A stretch of DNA of 64,000 nt from positions 310,001 to 374,000 of the forward strand of contig CM074808.1 of the NCBI GenBank assembly GCA_037447605.1. The letters run 5' to 3'. The position numbers and the translations under genes were made by a program. The notes beneath the pieces are model-generated. The model was not told the DNA's origin, made no database searches, and was given only the letters and a program-made list of their open reading frames with translations. Shown here piece by piece: positions 27,001-38,726 of this stretch; the first letter of the stretch is position 1, and the number at the start of each line of letters is the position of its first letter. Source of the stretch: Zygnema circumcarinatum SAG 698-1b. Taxonomy: Eukaryota > Plantae > Zygnematophyceae.

Positions 27001-29345
27001 CGTCCACCACGTGCCAGTGCCTGCCACGTCATGTCATGTCACGTCACGTTGTGTTGTGTTGTGATAGCATGCCATATCACGTCACGTCACATTATGTTGT
27101 GATGGCATGCCATGGTGGTGCCATGACTCACATGACATTCAGTTTGGCGTACGTCATGGAGTCGATGACTCGCTTGAGCATGCGAAGGGGCTCAAAGTGC
27201 CGACCAGTGTCTGCAATGTGCCTCCAACGGGCTGCCTGTCAATGCCTGCAATCCTGCACTTTTTTGAGTTGTGGATTCACCTTTTTTGATTCCTCCGACA
27301 GCAAAATGAAAAGTATAGAAAAGTCTTACCAGACAAGACAAAAAGGACCCACAACTTCCTTTCCTTCCTCCTGAACAGGGTTTTTTAGGGTTTTAGGGGT
27401 TTTGAGTTCATTACCAATGAGCACTCCGCGATGCTTGAACCTTGGGCCGTCGTCAATGTACCAAGGGGCGTTGCGGATGAAGGTCGCTTTCAGATCCCAG
27501 TCGTAGTGGCAGAGCTGACTGAAGGTCTGCAATTTTCCAACCATGTATTCAGTTTTCACATGAATGGCTCCCTCTCAGCTTAAAGAACGTACAGAGATTA
27601 AAAAGCCATCCAGCAACAATCAAAGGTTTAGTCTCTCTCCTCTCACTCCTCTCGCCTCCCTCTCCTCTCCCTCTCCTCTCCCTCTCCTCTCCCTCTCCTC
27701 TCCCTCTCCTCTCCCTCTCCTCTCCCTCTCCTCTTCCTCTCCTCTCCCTCTCCTCTCCCTCTCCTCTCTCAAATCCCTATGCCCCATTCTTTAGTTCGAG
27801 CACTTTTCCAAAAGACTTGAGCACATTCTCCGTTTTGCTATTGAGTTAAGGGAGAGGAGTAGACCAACCCACCCACCCCGAGAGCATGGAGGGCTCCATA
27901 TATTGTTTTCGCCTGCAAGCCAAACCCTAGAAGTGACAGTGAGCTGACGTAAGCAGACAGAAGGAGGTGGTCACAGTCCCTGCAATGCTCTGTAATCTGT
28001 TCAGATTTTGACACGGAACCCGTTTGGAACAAAATTCGACTTGAACGCTTCGCTATCAAATAACGTTAAGAGTCTAAAAGGCAATGTCCAACTGGCTTTT
28101 CTTCAGCTATTGTTTTCTTTTTTAAAGCATAACACTCTTGCATCATGAAATGCAAACCTTCAATTTGACGACGTTATTTCCCTTCCTCCTTTCACGTTTC
28201 TTTCAAGTTTCAGCATTTGAACGCTTTAGAAATATGAAAGCAACTTCTCAGCGCTGTGCTCTTGTCGATCCAGGACTTTGGTTGAATGAAAGAGAGAGAG
28301 AAAGACAGGGGGAGAGGGAGAGGGAGAAAGTGAGAGAGAGAGAGAGAAAGGGGGGAAGGGAGAGGAAGAAAGAGAAAGAGGGAGAGAAAGAAAGAAAGGA
28401 GGAAAGAGAGAGAAAGGATCGGGGAGAGTGAGAGAGAGAAAAATAAACAGAGAGAGAGGGAGGGAGAGAGCGAGTGGTAAAGTTCAGTTCTTAATTATAA
28501 AGGAAATTTCCAAAGCCATGCCTTGATGATCGCCTTTGATCCATTTTTCGGGACCTCCAAAACGTACGATTCGTCCGTCTCCAGCTGCAACTGCGCTCCA
28601 CATTCACTCTCACTATGAGCTGCCCTCCCCAGAATCGCAATCTCTCCGCTGCAAACCCTAAAAATCATGAAAATCCAGACTTTTCGAAACCCTCAAACTT
28701 AAAAAAACTTGAAACTCTAATCCTTTTATCAACCCCTTAAATCCTGAAAACTCGAAAAAAAAAAATGGGAACTTTGGAACACCCCAAACTCGCACCCATC
28801 TGAACCGCCAACACCTTCCGAACCCTAAAAGTCAAAATGTTGGCAGCCTCCAAACTCTAAAAATGCAAATCTTGGACCCTGCCAAACCGCACCTCCTCGT
28901 CCGCGGACTCCACGTGCAGCTCCAGCTCTGAGAGCGCCACGTGGCGGCTCTCCGTCTCGTTATCCGGCACGTGCGAGGGCGCGTGAGTGAACACGTGGCG
29001 CCGCGTGCGGTAGAGCGCGCCCGCGAGGATGGGCGAGTCAGCGGCCGCCCCGACCACCCGCATTTGCAGAGATCGCGCCACGTGGACGCTGTGCCGCCCG
29101 TTCGAATGCGTCCTTGGAAGCGGCCAAAGAAGGGGCCCGCCCTCTGAAACGGGGCTCTTCAATGTACTGCTCAGGAGAAGCTTCCGGGAAGCCTGCGGGT
29201 GAGAGGTGCGGGTGTCCGGGAGGGAGTTGGGAATGGAGGAGGAGGCAAGGGGGAGGAGGAGGAGGAGGAGGGAGAGGGAGAGAGGGAGAGAGAGAGGGAG
29301 GGAAAGCAGCCATGGCGGCTGCGGGAGGCGGGCGAGGGAAGCCAT
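24072..29345 (-). CDS. HEXO: beta-N-acetylhexosaminidase (GH20), copy A
   Basis: Signal anchor, [58 protein letters not shown], 17-nt microexon [19 protein letters not shown], catalytic [44 protein letters not shown]. An alternative upstream ATG lies at 29411. Confidence 0.93.
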
Positions 29346-29814
29346 GGCTGCCGTGAAGGGAAGGGGTAGGGGAAGGATGGCTGATTCCTGCTTCAGGGGA
29401 GGCCGATCCATGCTCTAAGAAAAAACACGACAATTTCCGTTCAGTTTCGGAACTGTCAACGGAACGGGACAGCGACCGGTCTGTCTGCTGGAAGGTAAAC
29501 AACTCCCCCAGTTAAGACCTCTCCACAAAGCGACAAATATGTCCAAGCTCTATAATGCCACGTGGATTGAATCTTGTGAACACGTCCTATGAGGTTCGGC
29601 CACATTGCCACATCGGATTTGTCGGTGGTGTGGGATCGCACGTCACGACAAGCCCACCGACAATTTTTTTGAGACCGCCTGTCGGCCCCAGCTAATGGGA
29701 GGGATTATACGCAAGTGTAAATTTTTGGATTGGGATTCTCAGTGGACGAGATGTCAGGGAATCTGAAGGAAAAACATCTCTGGATCCGTACATGGTACGG
29801 CGGCGGCGGCAACC

Positions 29815-29994
29815 ATGGCCGCTTCCTCTCCCACTCACTGCCTCTCCCTCTCCCTCTACCACTCCCTCCCCCGACCCCTCTCCCTCTCCCTCTCCTTCTC
29901 CCATCCCCTCTCCCTCTCTCTCCTCCTCTCCCTCTCCATCTTTCTACTTTCCGTCTCTATCCCCCTCACCGTACAACGTCCGTACATTCGTTGA
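29815..29994 (+). other. duplicated copy of the HEXO-B N-terminal signal anchor (59-aa uORF, alternative first exon or relic)
   Basis: MAASSPT...[21 protein letters not shown] versus HEXO-B MAAPSP...[22 protein letters not shown]. Both share the AACCATGGCCGCT start context. Confidence 0.65.
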
Positions 29995-30162
29995 CTACCT
30001 GTCCTCAGGGCTGTCCTCCACTTGCCAATATTCCACGTGGACAACCGCCGTTCAATGAGAATTCGACACGTGGCCAAAGGTACACGTGGCAGTCGCCTAT
30101 TGAACATGCTTACCCCCAAACTCGCTTACTTCGCCTCCCGCCATTCCTGCGGCGAGCGAACC

Positions 30163-32855
30163 ATGGCCGCTCCCTCTCCCTCTCCCTCTCCCACCCCAAA
30201 CCTCTCCCTCTCCCTCTCCCTCCCCCACCCCCTCTCCCTCTCCCTCCTCCTCGCCCTCTCCATCCTCTTCCTCCTCTCCGTCTCCCTCCCCCCACGAGAG
30301 CGGCAGAGAGACGCCTTCACCCGCCACGTGGCGGCGGGCGCCCCCCCGCTCTGGCCACTCCCCGCGTGGCACGTCAGCGGGGCGGCCACCCTCCACGTGG
30401 CGCGCTCTCTGCGCGTGCGCGCGGTCGGGGCCGCCGCGGAGTCGGGGACCCTCGCCGCCGCCTGCGCGCGCACCCTCGATAAAGTGTTCCTGCACGCGCC
30501 GGACTTTATCGAGGGGGGGAGGAACGCCACCCGCCACGTGGCGCTCGAGGAGCTGGAGGTCCACGTGGCGTCGGCAGACGAGGCGGTGCGGGCCTGAACC
30601 CTAAAATGCGGCGACAAGGGAAGGGATGGGGCTGCATTGTGGGGTTTAAGGAGGGGTCGAGGTGGTGTAGGTTTAGGGTTGACTTTATCGAGGGGGAGAG
30701 GGAGAGGGGGGGGGCTGCAGCTGCAGCTGGAGACGGACGAATCGTACGTTTTGATGATCGCAGGAGACCAATCAAATGCGACAATTACTGTATGTTTTAA
30801 AAATCCTTCCTTTTTTTTATTAACTGGTTTGGATTGCAAAACGACGTTTTTATGAGCTTATGAGGATGAGAGTGGGAGGATATTTAGTTATCTGCTTTAA
30901 AAAAGGGGTGGGGGTGGGAAATAAGTAGTCAGGGACCGTATAAATTCAAGGTTGACTTGCTTCCGCTGACCGTAATTTGAGTCGGTCACTTTAAGGCGAG
31001 TTGCTGTTGTAACTTTGTCGAAATTGGGAAAGGAGGTTGGAGGGGAAGAAACGGAGACTGAAAATGTGAAGGTGGGAGAGGGCGAGAGAGGATGAGGGGA
31101 GGAAGAGGGGTAGAGAGAGATGGAGAGAAGAGAGAGAAAGAGAGAGAGAGAGAAGCTATGGAAGTGAAGGCGCGGAGGGAGAGGGAGAGGAAGATGCGGA
31201 AGAAGGAAATCCCAACCATTTTTTTCCTCCCAACCATTTCAATTTTTGATCTTGTGAAACGTGTTTGCAGGCAGCAACTATTTATGGAGCAATGCACGGA
31301 CTTGAGGTCAGTTCTCCACCCAAAAAACATGAGAAGTCTCTGAGCCTTGCATGGAAATGGAAGGGGCTTCCGCCGTTCCGCTGAACTGAACTGACTCCGT
31401 TTGCATGGAACATGGCAGACATTTAGTCAGCTCTGCCGGTACGACTGGAAGATGAAAGAAGTCGTTATAGAACATGCGCCATGGCATATTAAGGATTCTC
31501 CCCGCTTCAAGTACAGAGGACTACTTGTCGGTAAACTCTCCTCCTCCCCCCCCCCTCTCTTCCCCCTTCCCCTCTCTCCCCCTCCCCTCTCTCCCCCTTC
31601 CCCTCTCCCCCCATTCCCCTCTCTCCCCCTNNNNNNNNNNAGGAGGGGGAAGGGAAAGGGATGGGGGGAGGAGGGGGAAGTGGGGGAGGGGGTGGGGGAA
31701 GGAGGGGGAGGGACGGAGGGGAGGAAAGGAGACGGGAGAAGGGAGGGGGATGGCAGAGGGAGAGGACTAACTTTTGGGGAGGGAGGGCTCCCTGAGGATG
31801 ACGCGGGCAGGTATGCAAAGGATCGAGGCATGTCGCCCCATCTCCATCGTTTGCATGATCCCACAAGCGACTGCCGTTTCGAGCTTTCTATGTGGGCCTC
31901 CGTTCCGTTCCATTCACCGCTATGCTCTGCAGATGAGTGAAGCCGCATTGGGCGGACATTGGGAGAGTCTGTGCAGGTGTGATGGTGATGCCCGAGTTCG
32001 ATGTACCTGGTCACGCGGAGTCCTGGTGAGCCATTATAGGAAGATGCGTCCATTTATTATAGGTCTTTTTCTTGACATTGCAAGCTCATGCGTATTTACT
32101 TTATGAAACCTTTACCAAATGTGAAGAGTCGCCCATTGGGAGAGAGCCAGAATGCGGACTCGTTTTTTTCTTGGACCATTTAATTTTCACGTTTGGAAAT
32201 CTCGAGTACGAACGCTTTTGTGTTTTTTGCGACAGGTCATGTTTAATTTTAATTTAATTTTATAGGTTTTTATTTTTTTATTGTGTAATTGTTGTTTCAT
32301 TTCCAGGGGAAAAGGATACCCCGAACTGTGGCCCTCTGAAGACTGCAGAATGCCGTTGGACGTCAGCAAAAACTTCACATTTGAAGTAATCGAGGGCATA
32401 CTTAAAGGTCACAGCTGCCTGCAGATCTTTGACTTTTTTCAAAAGGATTCAGGATTATCTTAGGAGTTTTTAGAAACAAAAAACCGTTCTGAGTCTTACA
32501 TGAATTGAAAGAACCAAACACGGACATTAAAAACTTATATTTTATCTTTTGAATGCAGACTTCCGAGAGGTGTTTCCATTTGAGATGATACATTTGGGAG
32601 GAGATGAAGTTAATACAGGTAAGGCGGTTATACCTTTATTTTACCACAACTTTTTCCTCTTCGGGTTTCCGTTTTCTCACATCATTGGCTTTCAGATTCG
32701 TCGACGTCTAAAAGTGTTGAGCGTCTTTAGTGTCTATTTAATTTTGAAGTGCTCAGAAATGGCTTTGGCCGTAGCGTTTGGTCCTTGGGGTTGTGCAGAC
32801 TGTTGGAACTCCACAGGCAGTGTTTCGGCTTGGTGAGCTTCCTTCTCCCGCACCA

Positions 32856-32928
<73 letters not shown>

Positions 32929-35355
32929 AACGGGAAAAGGAAAGGTTGGAGGGAGAGGGAAGGTGAGAGTGAGACGCAGAGGCAGAGGGAGAGGCACAGG
33001 GAGAGAGAGTGGGAGGGGAGGTGGAGAGACGGGGAGAGAGTGAGATAGAGAAAAAGAGAGATATCATGCGACTAACGCATTATTCGCCCCTATCTGAGAG
33101 GGCAGGGAGGGGAGGGAGGGAGGAGGATGTTTGTTTGAGTCTGTTGGGAGAGTGGTTTCTACAATGATGGTGTCCCCATTGGTGACTCAAACAGCAGGTT
33201 TTTTAACGCAAACTATGAATGAATTCGGTGTGGTTTTTTTCGCAGGCTTGAGGAGAACCATTTGGACGTTGGTAGTGCTTACGAGTACTTTGTTTTAAGA
33301 GCACAGGGGCTCGCCCTCGCACGTGGCTGGGATCCCATTCATTGGTGAATCTCCACCCCCAACTTATTCGGATAACCTTCATAGCTTTGTTCATGATGTC
33401 ATGCTGAGCGTAGTTTTGGTGACTATTTTTAGTTTTTGAAACATGTTTCTCCGTGGTTTCAAGCACATTGTGGTGAAGGGTCTCACCAAGACGAGGACGT
33501 TTTTGCATTCTCAGGGAGGAGGCCTTTCAAAATTTTGGAGAGAAGCTCAATAGCCGCACCATCGTTCACAATTGGTAAGTTCCTGCAACCTTGTCCTTAT
33601 TTGAGAGGATTCACCGCTTAGAGAGGTTTGTTTCAGTATAGGAAAAGAGGGGGAGGTGGGGGAGAGGGGTGGGGAGGGAGGGAAAGGAAGTTTACCAAAG
33701 GGTCAGTGAACCGAAACCCTAATTGTGGAATGCTTTGAGCTCTCACATACACGCGAAAAAAAAAAAGGATCAGAAGACTGCGAAAGAAAAGAAGCTTAGT
33801 CACTAAACTAGCACACCATTAGAGGTCGATAAAATCCTGAAAGGCAGGGTTGCTGTTTCGCCTTCAGGTTGAGGAGGGATCTCCTACCAGAGATAGTCAG
33901 TGCGGGTTTTCGATGCATTGTGAGCTTTCAAGATAAGTGGTATCTCGATCATCTCGACACCAATTGGACTTCCGCATACAACTTTGAGCCAACTTTAGTA
34001 CTGGGGGGGAAAGACGAGGAGGAGGAAGTAAGGGGAGAGGAAGGAGGGGGAGAGGAAGGAGGGGGAGAGGAAGGAGGGGGAGAGGAAGGGGGGAAAGTGA
34101 AAGGAGGGGGAGAGGTAGGAGGGGGAGAGGTAGGAGGGGGAGAGGAAGGGGGCGGAGAGGAAAGGAAGACGAGGAAGAGGAAGGTAGGGAGGAAGGAAGG
34201 GGGCGAGGAAGTAAGAGGAGGGAAAGGAGGGGGAGAGAGAGGATTGGGAGAGGAAGGAGGGGGAGAGGAAGAAGGGGGAGATAAAGGAGGAGAGGAAGAA
34301 GAGGAAGAAGGGGAAGAAGAGGAAGTAGATAGGGCGAAGCTTATTATAGGAGGGGAAGTATGCATGTGGGCGGAGGCAATAGACCCATCCAACATCTTGC
34401 AGACGATTTGGCCGAGAGCTGCTGCAGCAGCAGGTCAGCAAACCCTAACGCTAAATTCGGAAGCATAAGAACAGTTCTAGAGTTGTCAGTTGCTTCTAGT
34501 ATTTAGGGTATTCAGCACATAACCCTAAATACCAAAAGCCAGTGCAAACTGCAAGCACACCGTACCTCTAAAAGCCGAAGCAACCTTACAAGTGAATGCA
34601 AACGCTAACCCTAATAACCGAAATCAAAGCCTAACTCGACAAACTGAAACCAATAGCAACCGAAAGCAAACCCTAACCCTAAAATGGACCAGAAAGTTCA
34701 ATGTGTGAAAACAGGCTACGGTATGGAACAACAATGCAGAAAACCCTCAAACTGGAAACCCTAAAACTGGTAAACCCTAAAACTGGTAACCCTAAAACTG
34801 GAAACCCTAAAACTGGAAACCTTAAAACTGGAAACCCTAGAACTGGCAAACCCTAAAACTGAAAACCCTAAAACTGGAAACCCTACAACTAGAAACCTTA
34901 AAACTGGAAGCCCTAAAACTGGAAACCCTAAAACTGGCAAACCCTAAAACTCGCAAACCCTAAAACTGGAAACCCTACAACTGGCAAACCCTAAAACTCG
35001 CAAACCCTAAAACTGGAAACCCTAAAACTGGCAAACCCTAAAACTGGCAAACCCTAAAACTGGAAACCCTATAACTGGCAAACCCTAAAACTGGCAAACC
35101 CTAAAACTGGCAAACTCTAAAACTGGAAACCCTACAACTGGCAAACCCTAAAACTGGCAAACGGCGCTGTATGTGGGGACAGAAAGACTGTGGAGTCCGT
35201 TGGAGAAGACGCGCGGCGGCGCAACGGAGGCTGTAACTGAGCGCATGGAGCGGTTCCGCTGCCTCCTGCATCAGCGCGGCATTCCGGCGGGGCCCTTAAG
35301 GAATGACTTCGCTCGGACGGCGCCCACGCAGGCGGGGAGCTGCTCGGAGCAGTGA
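30163..35355 (+). CDS. HEXO: beta-N-acetylhexosaminidase (GH20), copy B
   Basis: Same exon series as copy A: [26 protein letters not shown], microexon 31811-31827, [57 protein letters not shown]. Two exons are not visible and map to the N gap at 31631-31640. Confidence 0.9.
34741..35161. repeat. 15-16 bp minisatellite AAACCCTAAAACTGG(C) built on the plant telomere heptamer, intronic
   Basis: More than 25 visible tandem units in the last intron of HEXO-B. Confidence 0.95.
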
Positions 35356-35598
35356 AGAAACATACAAAATAAAATTATTAATAATAATAGTAACAAATAA
35401 AAAAAAGGAGAGAAAAAAATAGGAAATAAGTTGTGGAATCTTAAGGGTTTTAAGATGCAGTGATGGGGTTCAGCATCATCCTACGGAAGCAGATAGTTTA
35501 GATAGTTTTTAAACCCTAATGGACGTTTGTTGATAATACAAGTAATGTTTATGATGTTATGTTTGTTATGTGATTGCTTGCGTTGTTGGTTGTCCCGA

Positions 35599-35760
35599 GA
35601 TGCATGCATGCAGATCCAGCTTCATGCATGCATACAGATCCAGCTCCATCCATAGTATGCATGCAAATCCAGCTCCATGCATGCATGCAGTTCCAGCTCC
35701 ATGCATGCATGCAGATCCAGCTCCATGCATGCATGCAGATCCAGCTGCATGCATGCATGG
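35599..35760. repeat. about 24 bp tandem repeat ATGCATGCATGCAGATCCAGCTCC
   Basis: About 6-7 degenerate copies, each with the palindromic CATGCATG (RY-like) core. Confidence 0.9.
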
Positions 35761-36162
35761 ACTAAACTTTAACTTTAACTGTGACTGAATCAAAACTGGA
35801 GTTAACTAGAACTTGGACTGGAAAAGGAACTGAACTGAACTGCAAGCTCCAAACGTGACCAATTTTTTTGATTTTTTTTTCTTTGAAGACAAAACCAGTT
35901 CAGCAACGGAACTGCGTTATGGGTAACAAATTCAAAAAGCGTTCTACGGCAGAGAATCCATGTTCATAGAACCATTGTAAACCTGCCTCAGTTGAGGATC
36001 CCGTTCAACATAATTTCCGCACATGGAAACGCAGCGACTCGCCGACCGTCGCCCCTCGGAACCAGAGCGGCGCCACGCAACCACAACTCCGGGAATCGCG
36101 CCACGTGTCGTGCCACGTGTCGCGCCATTTGTCGCGCTACGTGTCACGCCACGTGTCACACC

Positions 36163-37922
36163 ATGAGAGGCTGGCTGCCATTTGTCAAACGCTCATTTGA
36201 CCGAATCCTTTCAGCAGCGTCCCAGCCCCTCCTCCCACCACTTTCCTCACGCCACGTGGCGCCAGCTGTCGCTTTTCTGCCACGTCAGACAGTCTGCAAT
36301 CTCCACCCATCCCCTTGTTTGCTGCGCCCTCCTCCTCCTTCTGCCACGTGGCAGCCTCTCTGCCCCCGAGCCGCCCTCCCTCTATTGGAGCGCAGACACC
36401 TTGGAGAGAGCGGCTTGCAAAAGGGGCAGCCATGGCTGCAGGTGTGGTCTTTCTCCCCCTCTCCTTGAGTGCTGGATTTAGGGTTTAGGAATTAGGGTTT
36501 ATAGGGTTTAGAGTTTAGGGTCGGCGCTAGGGGTCAGGATTTGGGCCGGAGAGGGAATTAGGGTTCAGGAGTGAAGGGGTAGGACTGGGGTTCAGGGCGT
36601 CCCTGCAGACTGGGAAGGGGAGCAGGAGGGCTCGAGGGGTTCAGGGCCTCTCAGGGCTCTCAGTTTCCAGGGATGAAAATGTGGTCCCAGAAAGAGAAGA
36701 ATTTGTAAAAGCTAGAATTCAGGGCCGCAGGCCGTGCAGGGCTTAGGGTTTAGAGTTTCGGGTTTAGGGTTTATTGTTTAGGGTTTAGGGTTTAGGGTTT
36801 AGGGTTCAGATCAGGTCGAAGTTTATAGTCTCGAATTCTGAACAGTCTGAATTCGTTGCAATCGATGGTATTTCTGACAATTGATTGGCTTTCATGATTT
36901 ATTTTCCAATAAAAAATTACGGGAATTTGAAGTTTCTTAATTTCGTGCAGATTGGCTTTGCCTTGTGTTATTTGATTGGCAATGTGCAGGATGGAGGAAG
37001 CCATGGCTTTGCGACAAAGCTTAAGAAAACTAAAATTAAGGCGTACTCGTAAGTTTCTTTTTCTCGTCAATACAAGTTGATGAAACTTCCTATGAAAAAA
37101 TTATGATGAGATCTCTCTCGCTCTCTCTCTCCCGCCTCTCTCCCTCTCTCTCCCCCCCTCTCTCTCTCTCTCCCCCCTCTCGCCCTCCCTCTCTCCCCCC
37201 CTCTCTCTCTGTCTCTCTCTCTCTCCCCCCACTCTCCCTCTCGCTCCCCCCTCTCTCTCTCCCTTTCTCTCTCCCCCTCTCTCTCTCTTTCTCCATCTGT
37301 CTCTCTCCCTCATGCTAACAATGCTGTTTACGAAAGCAATTTGGCATGTTACCCCTAAGTCCTTAGGAATTTGGATTTCTGTGTTCTTTTGGGTCTTAAT
37401 AGTTTGTGGAGCTTCCAGGGTTCGAACCCGGGTTTGACGCATTCCATTCCTGCATGCTCAGATCGTACAAGCGCCGCTTCAAGCTTCTCGCGAGCGGAGA
37501 GTACAAGCGATGGAGGGCGGGAAAACGACACAACGCAAAATTATTGGTACGCTAAAAAAATAGAAAATTCGTTTTCGTTTGCTTTACTCGAATGTGTTTG
37601 TTTAGTCATTAAAATGAAAGAGTTTTTATGTTTATTTGTAGTTCTTTGGGGTTCAGTTGACCTCCATCTTTTCCACTAAATTCCACTTACTTTTAGGGTT
37701 AGGGTTTAAGGGTTTAGGGTTTAAGGAGAAAAGTGAGAGTTCCTTTTTGACTTTCTTGGCTTTGATTGACCTTTGACTTCGCGATGCAAGGTCAGAATCT
37801 CACATTCGTTTCCTTCAAACTTCACTTTTTGGCAGACCCCAAAACAAAGGCGGCAATTGCGGAGGCCGAGCATTGTCCCCCCCGGTTTAAAGAAGCCGAT
37901 GAGGAAACTCAATTTTGGATGA
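36163..37922 (+). CDS. RPL35: mitochondrial ribosomal protein L35 (bL35m), 4 exons
   Basis: Presequence exon 36163-36441, then ...GFATKLKKTKIKAYS|SYKRRFKLLASGEYKRWRAGKRHNAKLL|TPKQRRQLRRPSIVPPGLKKPMRKLNFG*. All junctions are GT-AG and in phase. Confidence 0.9.
36743..36806. repeat. short interstitial TTTAGGG (telo-box) clusters in bL35m introns
   Basis: TTTAGGG runs here and at about 36477-36520 and 37692-37722. Confidence 0.8.
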
Positions 37923-38726
37923 ATGAATGGGATGATGGGGGTAGAGGGAGATGGCTCCTCTTGTAAAGCTTTATGTTCAAGGGTGTTTGGAGGTATTGGG
38001 ATGTTTAGGGTTTTTAAAGCTCAACAGAGATAGGCAGGCAAGTACCGCAGCTATTACATTCCTTTCTTTCAGTGTTCGATTTTGCCGCTGATTTTCAAGT
38101 AGCAATTTAGTTATCGACCACTCAAGTAGCCAAATTGAAATGTCTGGTCTTCGATTTGGGTATATGCTTATCAAACGGCAACAAGAAAGAAGTAATACTG
38201 GAAACAGTTACTATTATGTCATTTAGGAAACAAAAAAGTTAAAAACAATGAACAGATGGGAGCTTGCAGTGCATTGGGCACTAATTCCTAACTTCAGGAA
38301 AAAACTGATATTCAAGAAAAGTAGATATTAAGTGGATCCAATAAGGCAGCAGCTAAGTCTATAATAGTGGCTAAAAAATTAAAGAAACGAGAAAAAAATG
38401 TACCTACGCCCCTCGAAGTTCAAAATTTGGAATGCAAAAATTTCCTATCATTCATCCCCTCAACACTAGACCCACCCCTCTCTCTCCCCCCTTTCTCTCC
38501 CCCCTCCCTTTCCCGATCCCTCTCCCTCTCTCACTCTCCATCTCTCTCTCGCTCTCTCTCGCTCTCTTTCTATATCCCATCCCCCCATGCCTTTTCTCCT
38601 TCCAACCAAACACTGAAACCACCTACCTCCACGTACCCTGACCCTAACCCTAACCCCAACAAAACCCAACTCCAGTTTTCACTAAAAAACCGAGTGAAGC
38701 CGGTACGAACCTCACCAAAAAATTCC

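Noticed and set aside
31531-31810. HEXO-B as a pseudogene missing the DTxRH and HWH exons
   Set aside because: The missing exons fall at an N gap (31631-31640) of unknown true size. All visible exons and the HLGGDE motif are intact.
36743-36806. Chromosome end or fusion site
   Set aside because: These are only a few degenerate TTTAGGG units inside introns of an intact gene.
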